A DNA stretch of 64,000 nucleotides from Hyphomicrobiaceae bacterium (GTDB lineage Bacteria > Pseudomonadota > Alphaproteobacteria > Rhizobiales > Hyphomicrobiaceae), in NCBI GenBank assembly GCA_049116495.1, contig JAGDYV010000029.1, positions 3,040 through 67,039 on the forward strand. Reading direction: 5' to 3'. Under the pieces are notes generated by a model. That model ran no database searches and was not told where the DNA came from. It saw nothing but the letters and a program-made list of their open reading frames with translations. The position numbers were made by a program, and so were the translations under genes. Below are positions 1 through 9,949 of this stretch, piece after piece; positions within the stretch are counted from its first letter, which is position 1, and each line of letters opens with the position of its first letter.

Positions 1-638
1 ACGGTGCGATCATCGCCGCGCCCGCTTACATCTGCGCATCCAACAACGACATCGAGGAATTTGTCCTTGAAGTATGCGATAGCGTCGACTTTGCGATGGG
101 GTTCTACAATAACCCTCCCCGGGTCAACACCGACCTGCATTGGAGCAACCTCCTGAGACTTGCCAAGCACCCGAACATGGTTGTCCTCAAGGAAAGCACG
201 ACGCGCGTTGGACAGGTTGCCCAGATTTGCGCCGCCAATCCGGACATGGCCATTATGTGCTGCTGTTCTCCAAATCTCGGTCTGGTGGTTCCGATGATGG
301 CGCTTGGCGGACATGGCACCGCCAACATGACTGGCAACCTGATACCGCGCGAAATGGCCACGATATCTAAGAAATGGGAAACCGGCGAAGATGCATTTGC
401 CTGCCGCGATGCCTGGCTCAAGAACCTCGATATGCTGCACTTCGCCTACTCGGCAATCAATCCCGTCGCCGTTAAGAGCCTGATGCGCGCTGTGGGCATG
501 CCGTCCGGCCCGCTGCGCAAGCCGCTCAACTCTCTAGATGGTCCGGCACTGCAGCGCGGTCTGGAAATCGCAGCCAAGCTGGGTCTGGATGAAACATACG
601 GCTACAAGATAAAGAATCTGGCGATCGCGGCCGAGTGA
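1..638 (+). CDS. DapA/NanA-family class I aldolase (dihydrodipicolinate synthase family), 3' part; 5' end lies outside the window
   Basis: The frame is open from nt 3 to the stop at 636-638. The translation GAIIAAPAYICASNNDIEEFVLEVCDSVDFAMGFYNNPPRVNTDL...INPVAVKSLMRAVGMPSGPLRKPL has the layout of the central and C-terminal part of DHDPS-family enzymes. Confidence 0.75.
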   Translation, partial: GAIIAAPAYICASNNDIEEFVLEVCDSVDFAMGFYNNPPRVNTDLHWSNLLRLAKHPNMVVLKESTTRVGQVAQICAANPDMAIMCCCSPNLGLVVPMMALGGHGTANMTGNLIPREMATISKKWETGEDAFACRDAWLKNLDMLHFAYSAINPVAVKSLMRAVGMPSGPLRKPLNSLDGPALQRGLEIAAKLGLDETYGYKIKNLAIAAE

Positions 639-813
639 TCCTTTTTCGGCTGCCATTCTCGCTACTCGAACAGCGCACCAACTTGTGCGACGCGGTCCAC
701 TCACCGGCAACTGCCTCTGCAAAGAGCGGTTAGCGTGTTGCCGCCGACGTCGCTCGGCCACGGCCGTCGGCGAGATCTTCCCGACTAGGCAATGCAATCA
801 AGAGGCAGACGTC

Positions 814-1716
814 ATGGCGGGCTTCAGGTTCGACGGCATCTATCCGATGCTCTATGCATTCTTCGACCACTCGGGCCAACTCGATCGAGAAGCCATGAAA
901 CGTCAGGTCGACGCCTGCATCGCTGCCGGCTCGCACGGACTTGCGATTGGCGGCTTGGCGACGGAGTGCAACAAGCTCTCGACGGCGGAGAAACATACTC
1001 TAAGCGGGTGGGTACTTGCCGACACCGCCGGTCGCGTTCCAGTCAGTATCACCGTCACCGAATCAACGGTTGGTGGTCAAATAGACATGGTCAAAGCCGT
1101 CGCAGAACTCGGTGCGGACTGGGTCGTGCTGCAACCGCCACCGGTGAAATCGGCAAGCGAGGAACAACTCATCGAGTTCTTTGGCCGCGTTGCAGATGCT
1201 TCACCCATTCCGGTCGGTATTCAAAATGCGCCACAGTTCATCGGGATCGGCCTGAGTGATGCCGGTCTCATCGAACTCAACAGACGTCATCCGAATGTTT
1301 CCCTGCTCAAGGCTGAAGGGGAGGCAGTACTCAGCGGCCAACTCGCCGAAGCCGCTGCCGGCGCCTTCGACTTGTTCAACGGACGCAATGGGATCGACCT
1401 TCTGGACACGCTCAGGGCTGGTTTTGCCGGTGTCATCCCAAGCCCCGACGCGGTTGATGTCGAAGTGCGCATATACGAGCTGTATCGCGCCGGAAACCTT
1501 GAGGAAGCAGAGCGAGAATTCAAGGAAATACTGCCGCTGCTCGGCTTTCTGATGATCTCGCTTGAACACCTGACCTGCTATGGCAAGCGCCTTACCGCAC
1601 GACGTATTGGCGTTCAGGAAGTGTATGATCGCACCCCCGCCCCGGCGCCAACAGCTTTTGGCCTGGAAGTGCTGCAACACTGGTCGCGCAACCTTGGAAT
1701 GCTTGGCGCAGGCTAA
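814..1716 (+). CDS. DapA/NanA-family class I aldolase paralog
   Basis: 300 aa from ATG 814. The longer ORF from 685 only adds a Cys/Arg-rich leader that does not look like protein. GIYPMLYAFFDHSGQLDREAMKRQVDACIAAGSHGLAIGGLATECNKLSTAEK is a typical DHDPS-family N-terminus. Confidence 0.75.
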   Translation: MAGFRFDGIYPMLYAFFDHSGQLDREAMKRQVDACIAAGSHGLAIGGLATECNKLSTAEKHTLSGWVLADTAGRVPVSITVTESTVGGQIDMVKAVAELGADWVVLQPPPVKSASEEQLIEFFGRVADASPIPVGIQNAPQFIGIGLSDAGLIELNRRHPNVSLLKAEGEAVLSGQLAEAAAGAFDLFNGRNGIDLLDTLRAGFAGVIPSPDAVDVEVRIYELYRAGNLEEAEREFKEILPLLGFLMISLEHLTCYGKRLTARRIGVQEVYDRTPAPAPTAFGLEVLQHWSRNLGMLGAG

Positions 1717-1851
1717 TACCGGTTCGCTGCTTCACGGATCACAACGGTTGGACCTGACGTTCCATATTGGACGTCGTCTGATCAGACGCTATGATAGCAT
1801 GTCCGATTTCTTGATCGCCGCCTTCCGCGCGATCCCACAGGGAAGAACCGT

Positions 1852-2304
1852 ATGCGATTTTTACTGGCACTTGTCTTTGTTGCACTATCCGGGTTTGCGA
1901 GTCTGGCCCAGGAGATAACTTATCAAAAGACCTATTCGTTAAACCAACCGCCACTGAAGTGCCGGGAGGTGCGGGACAGGATTCGGACACCTCAACCTTC
2001 TATCTGCACACTGAGCGGAATTGCCGGAAACTTCGCGGGTGGAGGCGAGCGCGGTCGCATCTTATTCCGGCGTGGTCGTTGGGAATTCCACGCCACTTCC
2101 TGTCAACCAGGCATAACCTTTGAGGTCACGTGCTTTGCGATGGGTCCGGACATTTCCGACCGACGGGATAACTTCGCAGGTGGGCGCAGAGGAAAGCGCC
2201 GTACCATGGAGCAACTCCGGGAAGAGCTTCAAAGCCTCCGCGAAGATCACCGTCGATTGGTTCGTCAATTGCGGAGCGTCGGCGGCAGCCGCCGGAGCCA
2301 ATAA
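1852..2304 (+). CDS. Hypothetical secreted protein (signal peptide, 4 Cys, basic coiled C-terminal tail)
   Basis: Sec-type signal MRFLLALVFVALSGFASLAQE, with GGGAAGAA upstream of the ATG. I recognise no family. The C-terminus MEQLREELQSLREDHRRLVRQLR looks helical. Confidence 0.5.
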   Translation: MRFLLALVFVALSGFASLAQEITYQKTYSLNQPPLKCREVRDRIRTPQPSICTLSGIAGNFAGGGERGRILFRRGRWEFHATSCQPGITFEVTCFAMGPDISDRRDNFAGGRRGKRRTMEQLREELQSLREDHRRLVRQLRSVGGSRRSQ

Positions 2305-2538
2305 ACTAATTCACTCAGCGCCACGCTCTGAGATACTCAGGACTCTATGATGGGTCGGGGCCGGTTGACTTGATCGACCGGCCAAACATCCGGCAACGGA
2401 TACAAACTGGACGAGACCGCGCCGACATTTCTGAAGGCTCGATCCTCGAAAGACGTTAAGACATGTACTCAGCTTGGTCAGGTTCCTCTGTGATTGGAGC
2501 ACCGAGGAATCGATAACTCTGGTCAATCGAGAGGGACA

Positions 2539-3060
2539 ATGACTCAGCAACTGGTACTGACGATCGTCGCGACGGACGAACCGGGCATCGTGCAGGTCAT
2601 CGCCGAAGTGGTTGCCGCGCACGGTGGCAATTGGATGGACAGCTCGATGGTCCGGCTAGGTGGCGAGTTTGCCGGAATCGTTCAGATTTCGGTTCCCGAC
2701 AAGAGTGTCGCAGACTTACAAACGCAACTCACATCCCTGAAAAGTCGCGGATTGGTTGTAACGGTGCAGAATGCGAGCGCTCCGCCACCATCGATCGGCG
2801 CCATGGCGGACCTGACACTGTCAGGCCTCGACCACCCCGGCATTGTTCGAGACATATCGACGTCCCTTGCAGCGAGCGGTGTGAGCATCGACGAAATGCA
2901 TACCGAAATGTTTGCTGGCAGCATGACCGGTGAGAAAATGTTCTCGGCAAAGGTGAAAGTCGTTGTTCCGTCCGGCGCAGCCATAGAGGAAATACGAGAA
3001 CGCCTGGAAACACTCGCCCAGGACATTATGGTCGAGATCAATATCCAAGCGGAAACTTGA
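2539..3060 (+). CDS. Tandem ACT-domain protein (GcvR-like glycine cleavage system regulator family)
   Basis: 173 aa from ATG 2539, preceded by GAGGGA. There are two ACT-like repeats, each starting with the DxPGIV motif (LTIVATDEPGIVQVIAEVV and LTLSGLDHPGIVRDISTSL), as in GcvR. Confidence 0.7.
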   Translation: MTQQLVLTIVATDEPGIVQVIAEVVAAHGGNWMDSSMVRLGGEFAGIVQISVPDKSVADLQTQLTSLKSRGLVVTVQNASAPPPSIGAMADLTLSGLDHPGIVRDISTSLAASGVSIDEMHTEMFAGSMTGEKMFSAKVKVVVPSGAAIEEIRERLETLAQDIMVEINIQAET

Positions 3061-3147
3061 TCGCACAAGCGATCGTCGACCTGACGGTCGCCATAGCAGT
3101 AGCAGTAGTAGTGCCCACGCAAAGAACGATTGGCTTATTCCGTCGCA

Positions 3148-4125
3148 ATGAAGGTCCTTTTAGCACATACACCCGAAATGCGGGCCAACTACTACGGTGA
3201 CCGCGCGATCGCCGAATTGCGCGGGTTGGCCGACGTCAAGCTTCATGAGGCAGATGACGCGTTGACACCCTTACAGCTTGTTGCTCACGGGCACGACGCG
3301 GATGTCATTATTGCCGACCGAATGACAACCGGGCCATCCGAGGTGTTTTCCGACCTACCCAACCTCAAGGCGTTCGTGCGCTGCGCCGTGGATATTCGAA
3401 ACATTGACGTATCCGCCGCTTCCGCTAACGGCGTTCTGGTCACACGCGCACGTCCCGGATTTGTCGAGTCGGTTGCAGAGCTTACCTTGGGGTTTCTCGT
3501 GGACTTGGCACGCGGCATTTCACGGGCGGTTGCCGACTACCATTCCAACAGCGCTCCAGCAGCACGTATGGGGCGGCAACTGGCCGGAAGCACGATCGGT
3601 ATCATCGGTTACGGCAGCATCGGGCGATATCTCGCGGAAGCTGCACATGGCCTAGGTATGACCGTCCTCGTCTGCGACCCGCATGTCCAGATCGATGACA
3701 CATATCTCCAACAGGTCTCGCTTGATCAATTGCTGGCGGAATCTGACCATGTTGTCTGCTTGGCTGTTGCAACAACGGCCACTGAAAACCTCATCAATGC
3801 ATCGGCATTCAATAAGATGAAACACGATGCCGTGTTTATCAACGTAGCCCGCGGCAATCTCGTCGATGAGGCAGCACTGCTCGAAGCGCTGCGCCAAGAA
3901 AGGATTGCCGGTGCCGCGATGGACGTTGGCCGGGCGCCCGATCAGATGCCCTCTCCCGAGTTGGCTGCGCTGCCAAATGTCATCGCCACACCCCATATCG
4001 GTGGTTTGACGCCGCCGGCGATTGAAGCGCAGGCCCTCGATACCGTCGAACAGGTTCGTGAACTCGCCAGCGGCCAGGTGCCCCACGGCGCCGTCAATGC
4101 GGCGTGCTGGACACGACGCTTCTAG
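3148..4125 (+). CDS. D-isomer-specific 2-hydroxyacid dehydrogenase family, NAD-binding
   Basis: MKVLLAH start; a TTG at 3130 is an alternative. Rossmann motif IGIIGYGSIGRYLA. Conserved INVARGNLVDEAAL and catalytic-region ATPHIGG motifs of the family. Confidence 0.85.
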   Translation: MKVLLAHTPEMRANYYGDRAIAELRGLADVKLHEADDALTPLQLVAHGHDADVIIADRMTTGPSEVFSDLPNLKAFVRCAVDIRNIDVSAASANGVLVTRARPGFVESVAELTLGFLVDLARGISRAVADYHSNSAPAARMGRQLAGSTIGIIGYGSIGRYLAEAAHGLGMTVLVCDPHVQIDDTYLQQVSLDQLLAESDHVVCLAVATTATENLINASAFNKMKHDAVFINVARGNLVDEAALLEALRQERIAGAAMDVGRAPDQMPSPELAALPNVIATPHIGGLTPPAIEAQALDTVEQVRELASGQVPHGAVNAACWTRRF

Positions 4126-4250
4126 AACCCGGCGAGCCGATTGGCCGCCCCTGCCCGTTCGGGAAGCAGGTTACGCGTAAAAAGGCGGCTTGCCGCTACC
4201 CTTTTCGATGCTAAGCTTCACCGGCATCCGGAAATAAGGAGGAAACAACT

Positions 4251-5828
4251 GTGTTTTTCCGCAGTACACTGGCTTTAACGTTGGTCACGTGCATGCTTGG
4301 GGCCGCGGCTCCATCGCAGGCAAAGGACCTCACGATGGCGCTCGCCTCTGAGCCCACATCGATTGATCCACACTTCCACAATCTCACGCCGAACAATTCG
4401 CTCGCCATGCACTTCTTTGATGCACTGGTGATCTTCGACGAAAAGCAGCGCGTGACGCCCGGTTTGGCGACGTCTTGGAAAACGATCGACGATCTGACCT
4501 GGGAATTCAAACTGCGCAAAGGCGTCAAGTGGCACGACGGCTCACCGTTCACGGCCGACGACGTTGTCTTCACGATGTCGCGCGCCGGCAACGTGCCGAA
4601 CAGTCCGTCGAGCTTTGGCACGTACACCAAAGGCAAGACAGCGGTGAAGATCGACGATCACACCGTGCACATCAAAACGCCGAAGCCTTACCCGTTGATG
4701 GTCACTGACATGACGACCATCCCGATGATCTCGAAAAAGAATGGCGAAGGTGCCACGACCCCTGATTACAATTCCGGCAAATCAGCGATCGGAACAGGCC
4801 CGTTCAAATTTGTCGAGTATGTACCCGGTGATCGAATCGTCATGGCGGCAAACCCGGACTATTGGGGCGGCAAGCCAAAGTGGGACAAGGTCACAATGAA
4901 GCCGATCAAGTCGGGCCCTTCCCGTGTCGCGGCGCTGCTGGCCGGCGATGTTGACGTGATCGAGGGCGTACCGACCGCGGACATCACGCGGCTCAAGAAA
5001 GACCCGAAGCTGCAGTTGTCGAGCGGGATTTCCAACCGCGTCATTTATCTACATATCGACCATGACCGTGACGACTCGCCGTACGTCAAGGCCATTGATG
5101 GTGGGAAGATCAAAAACCCGCTGAAAGATGTCCGCGTGCGCAAGGCGATTTCCATGGCGATCAACCGCAAGGCAATCGTTGATCGCGTCATGGAAGGCGT
5201 TGCGATCCCTGCAGGTCAGTTGCTGCCGGAAGGCTTCTTCGGTGTTTCGCCGAATCTGAAACCTGTCGCCTATGACATGGCGGGCGCCAAAAAGCTCCTG
5301 GCAGAGGCCGGCCACGCGAAAGGGTTCCAACTGACGCTGCACGGACCGAATGATCGCTACATCAACGACGCCAAGATCGCGGAGGCCATTGGTCAGATGC
5401 TGACCCGCCTTGGCCTCAAGATGAAAGTCGAAACGATGACGCGATCGGTCTACTTTAAACAGGCATCGCGCGGTGGCAAGAACAAGTCGCCGAAGTTCAG
5501 CTTTATCCTGGTTGGCTGGGGTGCCGGCACCGGCGAAGCATCGTCACCGCTGAAATCGCTCCTGCATACGTACGACAAGTCACGCGGATTTGGTGCTTCA
5601 AACCGTGGCCGTTACTCCAATCCAAAAGTAGACAAACTACTTGAAGATGCACTAGCGACCGTTGATGACAAGAAGCGGGCGGCACTGCTTGCCGAGGCGA
5701 CAGAAGTTGCCATCAATGATGGCGGCATCATCCCGCTGCACTACCAGGTCAACACCTGGGCTGCGAAAAAGGGCATTAGCTACAAGGCCCGAACGGATGA
5801 ACGAACGATTGCGATGATGGTCGACTAA
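4251..5828 (+). CDS. ABC transporter substrate-binding protein, family 5 (peptide/nickel, Dpp/Opp-like)
   Basis: 525 aa with a GTG start after AGGAGGAAA. Signal peptide MFFRSTLALTLVTCMLGAAAPSQA. Overall resemblance to family-5 SBPs (LTWEFKLRKGVKWHDGSPFTADDVVFT). It is followed by cognate permease and ATPase genes. Confidence 0.9.
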   Translation: MFFRSTLALTLVTCMLGAAAPSQAKDLTMALASEPTSIDPHFHNLTPNNSLAMHFFDALVIFDEKQRVTPGLATSWKTIDDLTWEFKLRKGVKWHDGSPFTADDVVFTMSRAGNVPNSPSSFGTYTKGKTAVKIDDHTVHIKTPKPYPLMVTDMTTIPMISKKNGEGATTPDYNSGKSAIGTGPFKFVEYVPGDRIVMAANPDYWGGKPKWDKVTMKPIKSGPSRVAALLAGDVDVIEGVPTADITRLKKDPKLQLSSGISNRVIYLHIDHDRDDSPYVKAIDGGKIKNPLKDVRVRKAISMAINRKAIVDRVMEGVAIPAGQLLPEGFFGVSPNLKPVAYDMAGAKKLLAEAGHAKGFQLTLHGPNDRYINDAKIAEAIGQMLTRLGLKMKVETMTRSVYFKQASRGGKNKSPKFSFILVGWGAGTGEASSPLKSLLHTYDKSRGFGASNRGRYSNPKVDKLLEDALATVDDKKRAALLAEATEVAINDGGIIPLHYQVNTWAAKKGISYKARTDERTIAMMVD

Positions 5829-5919
5829 CCATCACGTTACAGACCAACGCAAGCGTGTGGCTCCGAACTGAGCCACACGCCCTCTTGATTATTGAACACC
5901 ACGATAGAAAGAACGAACC

Positions 5920-6897
5920 GTGACGGCCTTCCTGATACGCCGCCTGATGCAGAGTGCTGTGGTCGTCCTCGTCATGTCCCTGGTCGTGTTCCTCGGCGTC
6001 AACGTCGTGGGCGACCCGATTGACATGTTGATCAGCCCGGATGCGACGCAAGAAGAAATCGAAGCCGTCGTCCGATCGTTCGGCCTCGACCGACCTGTCT
6101 GGGAACAATACTGGCATTTTCTGACCGGCGCACTCAGCGGCGATCTCGGTAAATCGTTCATTCACGGCACCAGCGCGCTACCGCTGATCCTGCAGCGCAT
6201 GCCAGCGACCATGGAACTGGCACTCGGCGCTATGTTTCTATCAATCCTTTTTGGCGTGCCGCTCGGACTCTATGCCGGCCTCAAGCCCGAAGCCATTTCC
6301 TCTCGAACGATCATGGCAGGCTCGATCGTCGGCTTCTCGCTCCCGACTTTCTGGGTCGGGTTGGTCCTGATCATGATCTTCGCGGTCATGCTCGGCTGGC
6401 TGCCATCCACCGGCCGCGGCCCGACCGCGACATTCCTTGGAATTGAATCAAGCCTCTTCACGATCGACGGTCTGCGCCACATCTTTCTGCCGGCGCTCAA
6501 TTTGGCACTGCTCAATATTTCTCTCGTCATTCGCCTGACCCGGGCCGGCACACGCGAGGTCATGCATCAGGATTATATAAAATTCGCACGCGCCAAGGGC
6601 CTCTCGAACAGGCGCATAGTTGGATTGCATCTTCTCAAAAACATTATGATCCCGGTGGTGACCGTGCTTGGCCTGGAGTTCGGCGGCCTGATTGCGTTTT
6701 CCGTCGTGACGGAGACAATTTTCGCATGGCCGGGCATGGGCAAGCTGTTGATCGATTCAATCCAACAGCTCGACCGGCCGGTTATCGTCGCCTATTTGAT
6801 CATAATTGTCCTGTTCTTCGTTCTCATCAATCTCATCGTCGACATCATTTACTCGCTGCTTGATCCGCGCGTGCGAATTGGAGGACAAGGCCAATGA
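5920..6897 (+). CDS. ABC transporter permease (DppB/OppB-like)
   Basis: GTG start. N-terminus FLIRRLMQSAVVVLVMSLVVFLGVNVVGDP and the EAA-loop region YIKFARAKGLS are typical of DppB-type permeases. ATGA overlap with the next gene. Confidence 0.9.
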   Translation: MTAFLIRRLMQSAVVVLVMSLVVFLGVNVVGDPIDMLISPDATQEEIEAVVRSFGLDRPVWEQYWHFLTGALSGDLGKSFIHGTSALPLILQRMPATMELALGAMFLSILFGVPLGLYAGLKPEAISSRTIMAGSIVGFSLPTFWVGLVLIMIFAVMLGWLPSTGRGPTATFLGIESSLFTIDGLRHIFLPALNLALLNISLVIRLTRAGTREVMHQDYIKFARAKGLSNRRIVGLHLLKNIMIPVVTVLGLEFGGLIAFSVVTETIFAWPGMGKLLIDSIQQLDRPVIVAYLIIIVLFFVLINLIVDIIYSLLDPRVRIGGQGQ

Positions 6898-7844
6898 CCG
6901 CGACAGACGACCACGTGCCGGCAAGCGTCAACCAGACCACGACGACGGCCAAGACGTCGAGCGGTGAAGGTGACACGCCCTTTCGCCGGTTCATGTCGGA
7001 CTTTGTCGAGAGCCCCGTCGCGGTATTCGCTCTGGGCCTGCTTGCCATAATCATCCTGTTGGCAGTTCTCGCTCCATTGATAACGCCACAGAATCCCTAT
7101 GACCTGGGACAGGTCGACATAATGGATGCGCGGCTGCCACCTGGTGAAGTGAGCATGGAAACCGGCATGACCTTCTGGTTGGGCACGGATGGTGCCGGCC
7201 GCGATTTGCTGAGCGGAATCCTCTATGGTTTGCGCATCTCGCTGGCGGTCGGCGTTTTGTCCGGTCTCATCGCCATGGCCATTGGTTCCGCAGTTGGCAT
7301 GCTGGCGGCTTATGCAGGTGGCCGCGTCGAAGGCTTCATAATGCGCATTGTTGATATGCAGCTGTCGTTTCCTGCAGTTCTTATCGCGCTGATGTTGGTT
7401 GCCGTGCTTGGCAAGGGCATCGACAAGATCATTATCGCGCTGATCATCGTGCAGTGGGCGTATTACGCCCGGACCATACGCGGCTCCGCATTGGTCGAGC
7501 GACGAAAGGAATACGTCGAGGCCGCCCGTGGTCTGGGCCTCAGCCATGCGCGCATTATGTTCAAGCACATTCTTCCGAATTGCCTACCGCCGCTTATCGT
7601 CGTTGGTACGGTCCAAACCGCGCATGCCATCGCGCTTGAAGCAACGTTGTCTTTTCTCGGCGTCGGTCTGCCGCAAACGGAGCCATCGCTCGGGCTGCTG
7701 ATCTCCAACGGCTTTGAATACCTGCTCTCTGGGAAATACTGGATAAGTACCTTCCCCGGTATCGCATTGCTGCTGACCATCATGTCCATCAACCTCGTCG
7801 GTGATCAATTGCGTGACGTGCTCAACCCGAGGCTGAGACGATAA
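6894..7844 (+). CDS. ABC transporter permease (DppC/OppC-like)
   Basis: Multi-pass membrane protein with the EAA-like motif YVEAARGLGLSHARIMFKHILPN. Translationally coupled on both sides (ATGA at 6894, TAATG at 7842-7846). Confidence 0.9.
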   Translation: MTATDDHVPASVNQTTTTAKTSSGEGDTPFRRFMSDFVESPVAVFALGLLAIIILLAVLAPLITPQNPYDLGQVDIMDARLPPGEVSMETGMTFWLGTDGAGRDLLSGILYGLRISLAVGVLSGLIAMAIGSAVGMLAAYAGGRVEGFIMRIVDMQLSFPAVLIALMLVAVLGKGIDKIIIALIIVQWAYYARTIRGSALVERRKEYVEAARGLGLSHARIMFKHILPNCLPPLIVVGTVQTAHAIALEATLSFLGVGLPQTEPSLGLLISNGFEYLLSGKYWISTFPGIALLLTIMSINLVGDQLRDVLNPRLRR

Positions 7845-8869
7845 TGGCAAACGCAACAGTGTCCTCTGGGACCACCGGCGCAACAGATCCCGCATTGGTG
7901 ATCGACGGGTTGAAGACGCACTTCTTCACGAAGGCCGGTGTCGTCAAAGCGGTCGATGGCGTCAGCTTTGATGTGAAGCCCGGCGAGATCCTGGGCCTGG
8001 TCGGCGAGTCTGGCAGTGGAAAGACGATCACTGGCTTCTCGATCATGGGCCTGATCGATGCCCCAGGTCGCGTCGTCGAGGGCGCCATTCATTTTGGCGG
8101 GCGCAATCTCGCGGGCATGGACGACGAAGCTCTGCGTTCGATCCGCGGCAACCGCATCGCGATGATATTCCAAGACCCGATGATGACACTGAACCCGGTC
8201 TTGCGGGTCGATACGCAACTGGTCGAGACGGTTCTGGCGCATCAGGATGTCGACCGAAAAACGGCTTTGGCGATGGCCCGCGACGCACTCGACCAGGTTG
8301 GGATTCCGTCACCGGAACGCCGCCTCAAAGCGTATCCGCACGAATTATCCGGCGGCATGCGCCAGCGCGTCGCCATTGCGATCGCGTTCATCAACAAGCC
8401 TGACCTGATCATCGCCGATGAACCGACCACCGCGCTCGATGTCACCATTCAGGCTCAGATCCTGTTCGAAGCCAAGGAGCTCTGCCGCAAGACCGGGACG
8501 GCGATGATCTGGATCACGCACGACCTCGCAGTGGTCGCCGCCCTCGCCGACCGCATTGCCGTGATGTACGCCGGCCGTATCGTCGAGATGGGTAGCACCG
8601 ATGAAGTCGTCGATCACCCCTTGCACCCGTACGCGGAAGGGCTGATTGGCTCAGTGCCGATCCAAAATCGCCGCGGCCAGCGTCTGACGCAGATCCCCGG
8701 GATGACACCATCCCTGCTCAACATGCCGGCTGGTTGCGCCTTTCGTGATCGCTGCGGTTACGCGACTGAAGCATGCATCAAGGAGCCGGAGGTGACCATG
8801 CCGCTGCCCGCTGCGCCAGGGCGACAGGTGCGCTGCTTCCATCCACTGCTTTCGGTGGAGACCGCATGA
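7844..8869 (+). CDS. ABC transporter ATP-binding protein (DppD/OppD-like)
   Basis: Walker A GESGSGKT, signature LSGGMRQRV, Walker B LIIADEPTTALD, and the C-terminal oligopeptide-transporter extension with a Cys-containing tail. Confidence 0.92.
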   Translation: MANATVSSGTTGATDPALVIDGLKTHFFTKAGVVKAVDGVSFDVKPGEILGLVGESGSGKTITGFSIMGLIDAPGRVVEGAIHFGGRNLAGMDDEALRSIRGNRIAMIFQDPMMTLNPVLRVDTQLVETVLAHQDVDRKTALAMARDALDQVGIPSPERRLKAYPHELSGGMRQRVAIAIAFINKPDLIIADEPTTALDVTIQAQILFEAKELCRKTGTAMIWITHDLAVVAALADRIAVMYAGRIVEMGSTDEVVDHPLHPYAEGLIGSVPIQNRRGQRLTQIPGMTPSLLNMPAGCAFRDRCGYATEACIKEPEVTMPLPAAPGRQVRCFHPLLSVETA

Positions 8870-9900
8870 TGACAGTTGAACAGCCCTCCAAGTCGCTCAC
8901 CAATGAAGGACCAATCATTGAAGCGCGCGGAATTACCAAGAATTTCGTCAAGAAACTCGACCTCGCGGGCCGCATCGCGTCTCGGCTCGGTTCGGACCTA
9001 CGCGATGAGACCGTGCATGCTGTCGACAACGTCGATTTAACCGTTGCCCAGGGCGAGGTCGTCGGTCTTGTCGGGGAATCTGGCTGCGGAAAATCCACGA
9101 TTGGCCGCGTGATCGCCGGACTGCTGGATCCTACTGAAGGAGACATCCTTTTCAAGGGAACCCGCCGCGACGACCTGCGCGGCGATGAGGCCGCGCACGA
9201 ACGCCTTGCCGTGCAGATGATTTTTCAAGATCCTTACGCCTCCCTCAATCCACGCATGCGTGTAGAAAACATCGTCGGCGAAGCACCACTCGTACATGGC
9301 CTGATCAGCAGGGCCGAGCAGCCTGACTATGTCGCGGAAATGCTGCGTGACGTTGGCCTCGATCCCGACTTCAGGCGGCGCTATCCGCACCAGTTTTCCG
9401 GCGGCCAACGCAGCCGCATCGGTATTGCGCGCGCGCTCGCGGTGAAGCCTGAGTTTCTGGTCTGCGATGAGGCCGTCGCCGCCCTTGATGTGTCGATCCA
9501 GGCTCAGGTGATCAACCTGTTCATGGACCTGCGCGAACAGTTCGATCTGACGTATCTTTTCATCAGCCACGACTTGAGCGTCGTGCAGCACATCTCCGAC
9601 CGGATCGTGATCATGTATCTCGGCCGTATTGTCGAGAGTGGCCCGACGGAGGAGTTCTTTGCGAGCCCCAACCACCCCTACGCCCGCGCGCTACTCGAAG
9701 AAATCCCGCGCCTCGACCAGCGCAAGCGAACGTTCCATCCGATCAAAGGCGAGATACCGTCGCCGATCGATCCGCCCAGCGGCTGTCACTTCCACCCGCG
9801 CTGCCCGCATGCCATGGAGCGCTGCCGCGCCGAGGCGCCTGCACTGCGCGAAATCGCCCCCGGGCGATTGTCAGCCTGTCATTTGAACGATCAATCCTGA
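8866..9900 (+). CDS. ABC transporter ATP-binding protein (DppF/OppF-like)
   Basis: Start chosen at ATG 8866 (ATGA overlap with the upstream stop); the ORF-track start at 8773 lies inside the upstream gene. Walker A GESGCGKST, signature FSGGQRSRI, Walker B FLVCDEAVAALD. Confidence 0.9.
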   Translation: MMTVEQPSKSLTNEGPIIEARGITKNFVKKLDLAGRIASRLGSDLRDETVHAVDNVDLTVAQGEVVGLVGESGCGKSTIGRVIAGLLDPTEGDILFKGTRRDDLRGDEAAHERLAVQMIFQDPYASLNPRMRVENIVGEAPLVHGLISRAEQPDYVAEMLRDVGLDPDFRRRYPHQFSGGQRSRIGIARALAVKPEFLVCDEAVAALDVSIQAQVINLFMDLREQFDLTYLFISHDLSVVQHISDRIVIMYLGRIVESGPTEEFFASPNHPYARALLEEIPRLDQRKRTFHPIKGEIPSPIDPPSGCHFHPRCPHAMERCRAEAPALREIAPGRLSACHLNDQS

Positions 9901-9949
9901 CGGCGCTTCGTCGGCCTTGCCGTATCGCGTCGTTGCACCGGCGGCCCGC

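Noticed and set aside
685-813. 5' extension of the DapA-family ORF (ORF-track start at 685). Similar long N-terminal extensions appear in the track for 2494, 8773, 12809-13627, 18324, 20195, 22629, 37879, 45431, 51147, 53846, 59655, 60887 and 61996.
   Set aside because: The extensions are Arg/Cys-rich or overlap the upstream gene. Internal starts with SD sequences and family-typical N-termini were chosen instead.
6849-7568. 239-aa minus-strand ORF. Similar antisense ORFs occur at 9037-9675, 25587-26225, 38077-38736, 44457-45452, 62050-62694 and 62424-63074.
   Set aside because: All lie opposite strongly supported genes (ABC permease/ATPase, acyl-CoA ligase/MDR, FAD oxidase, TctC, FdrA) and have no recognisable domains.
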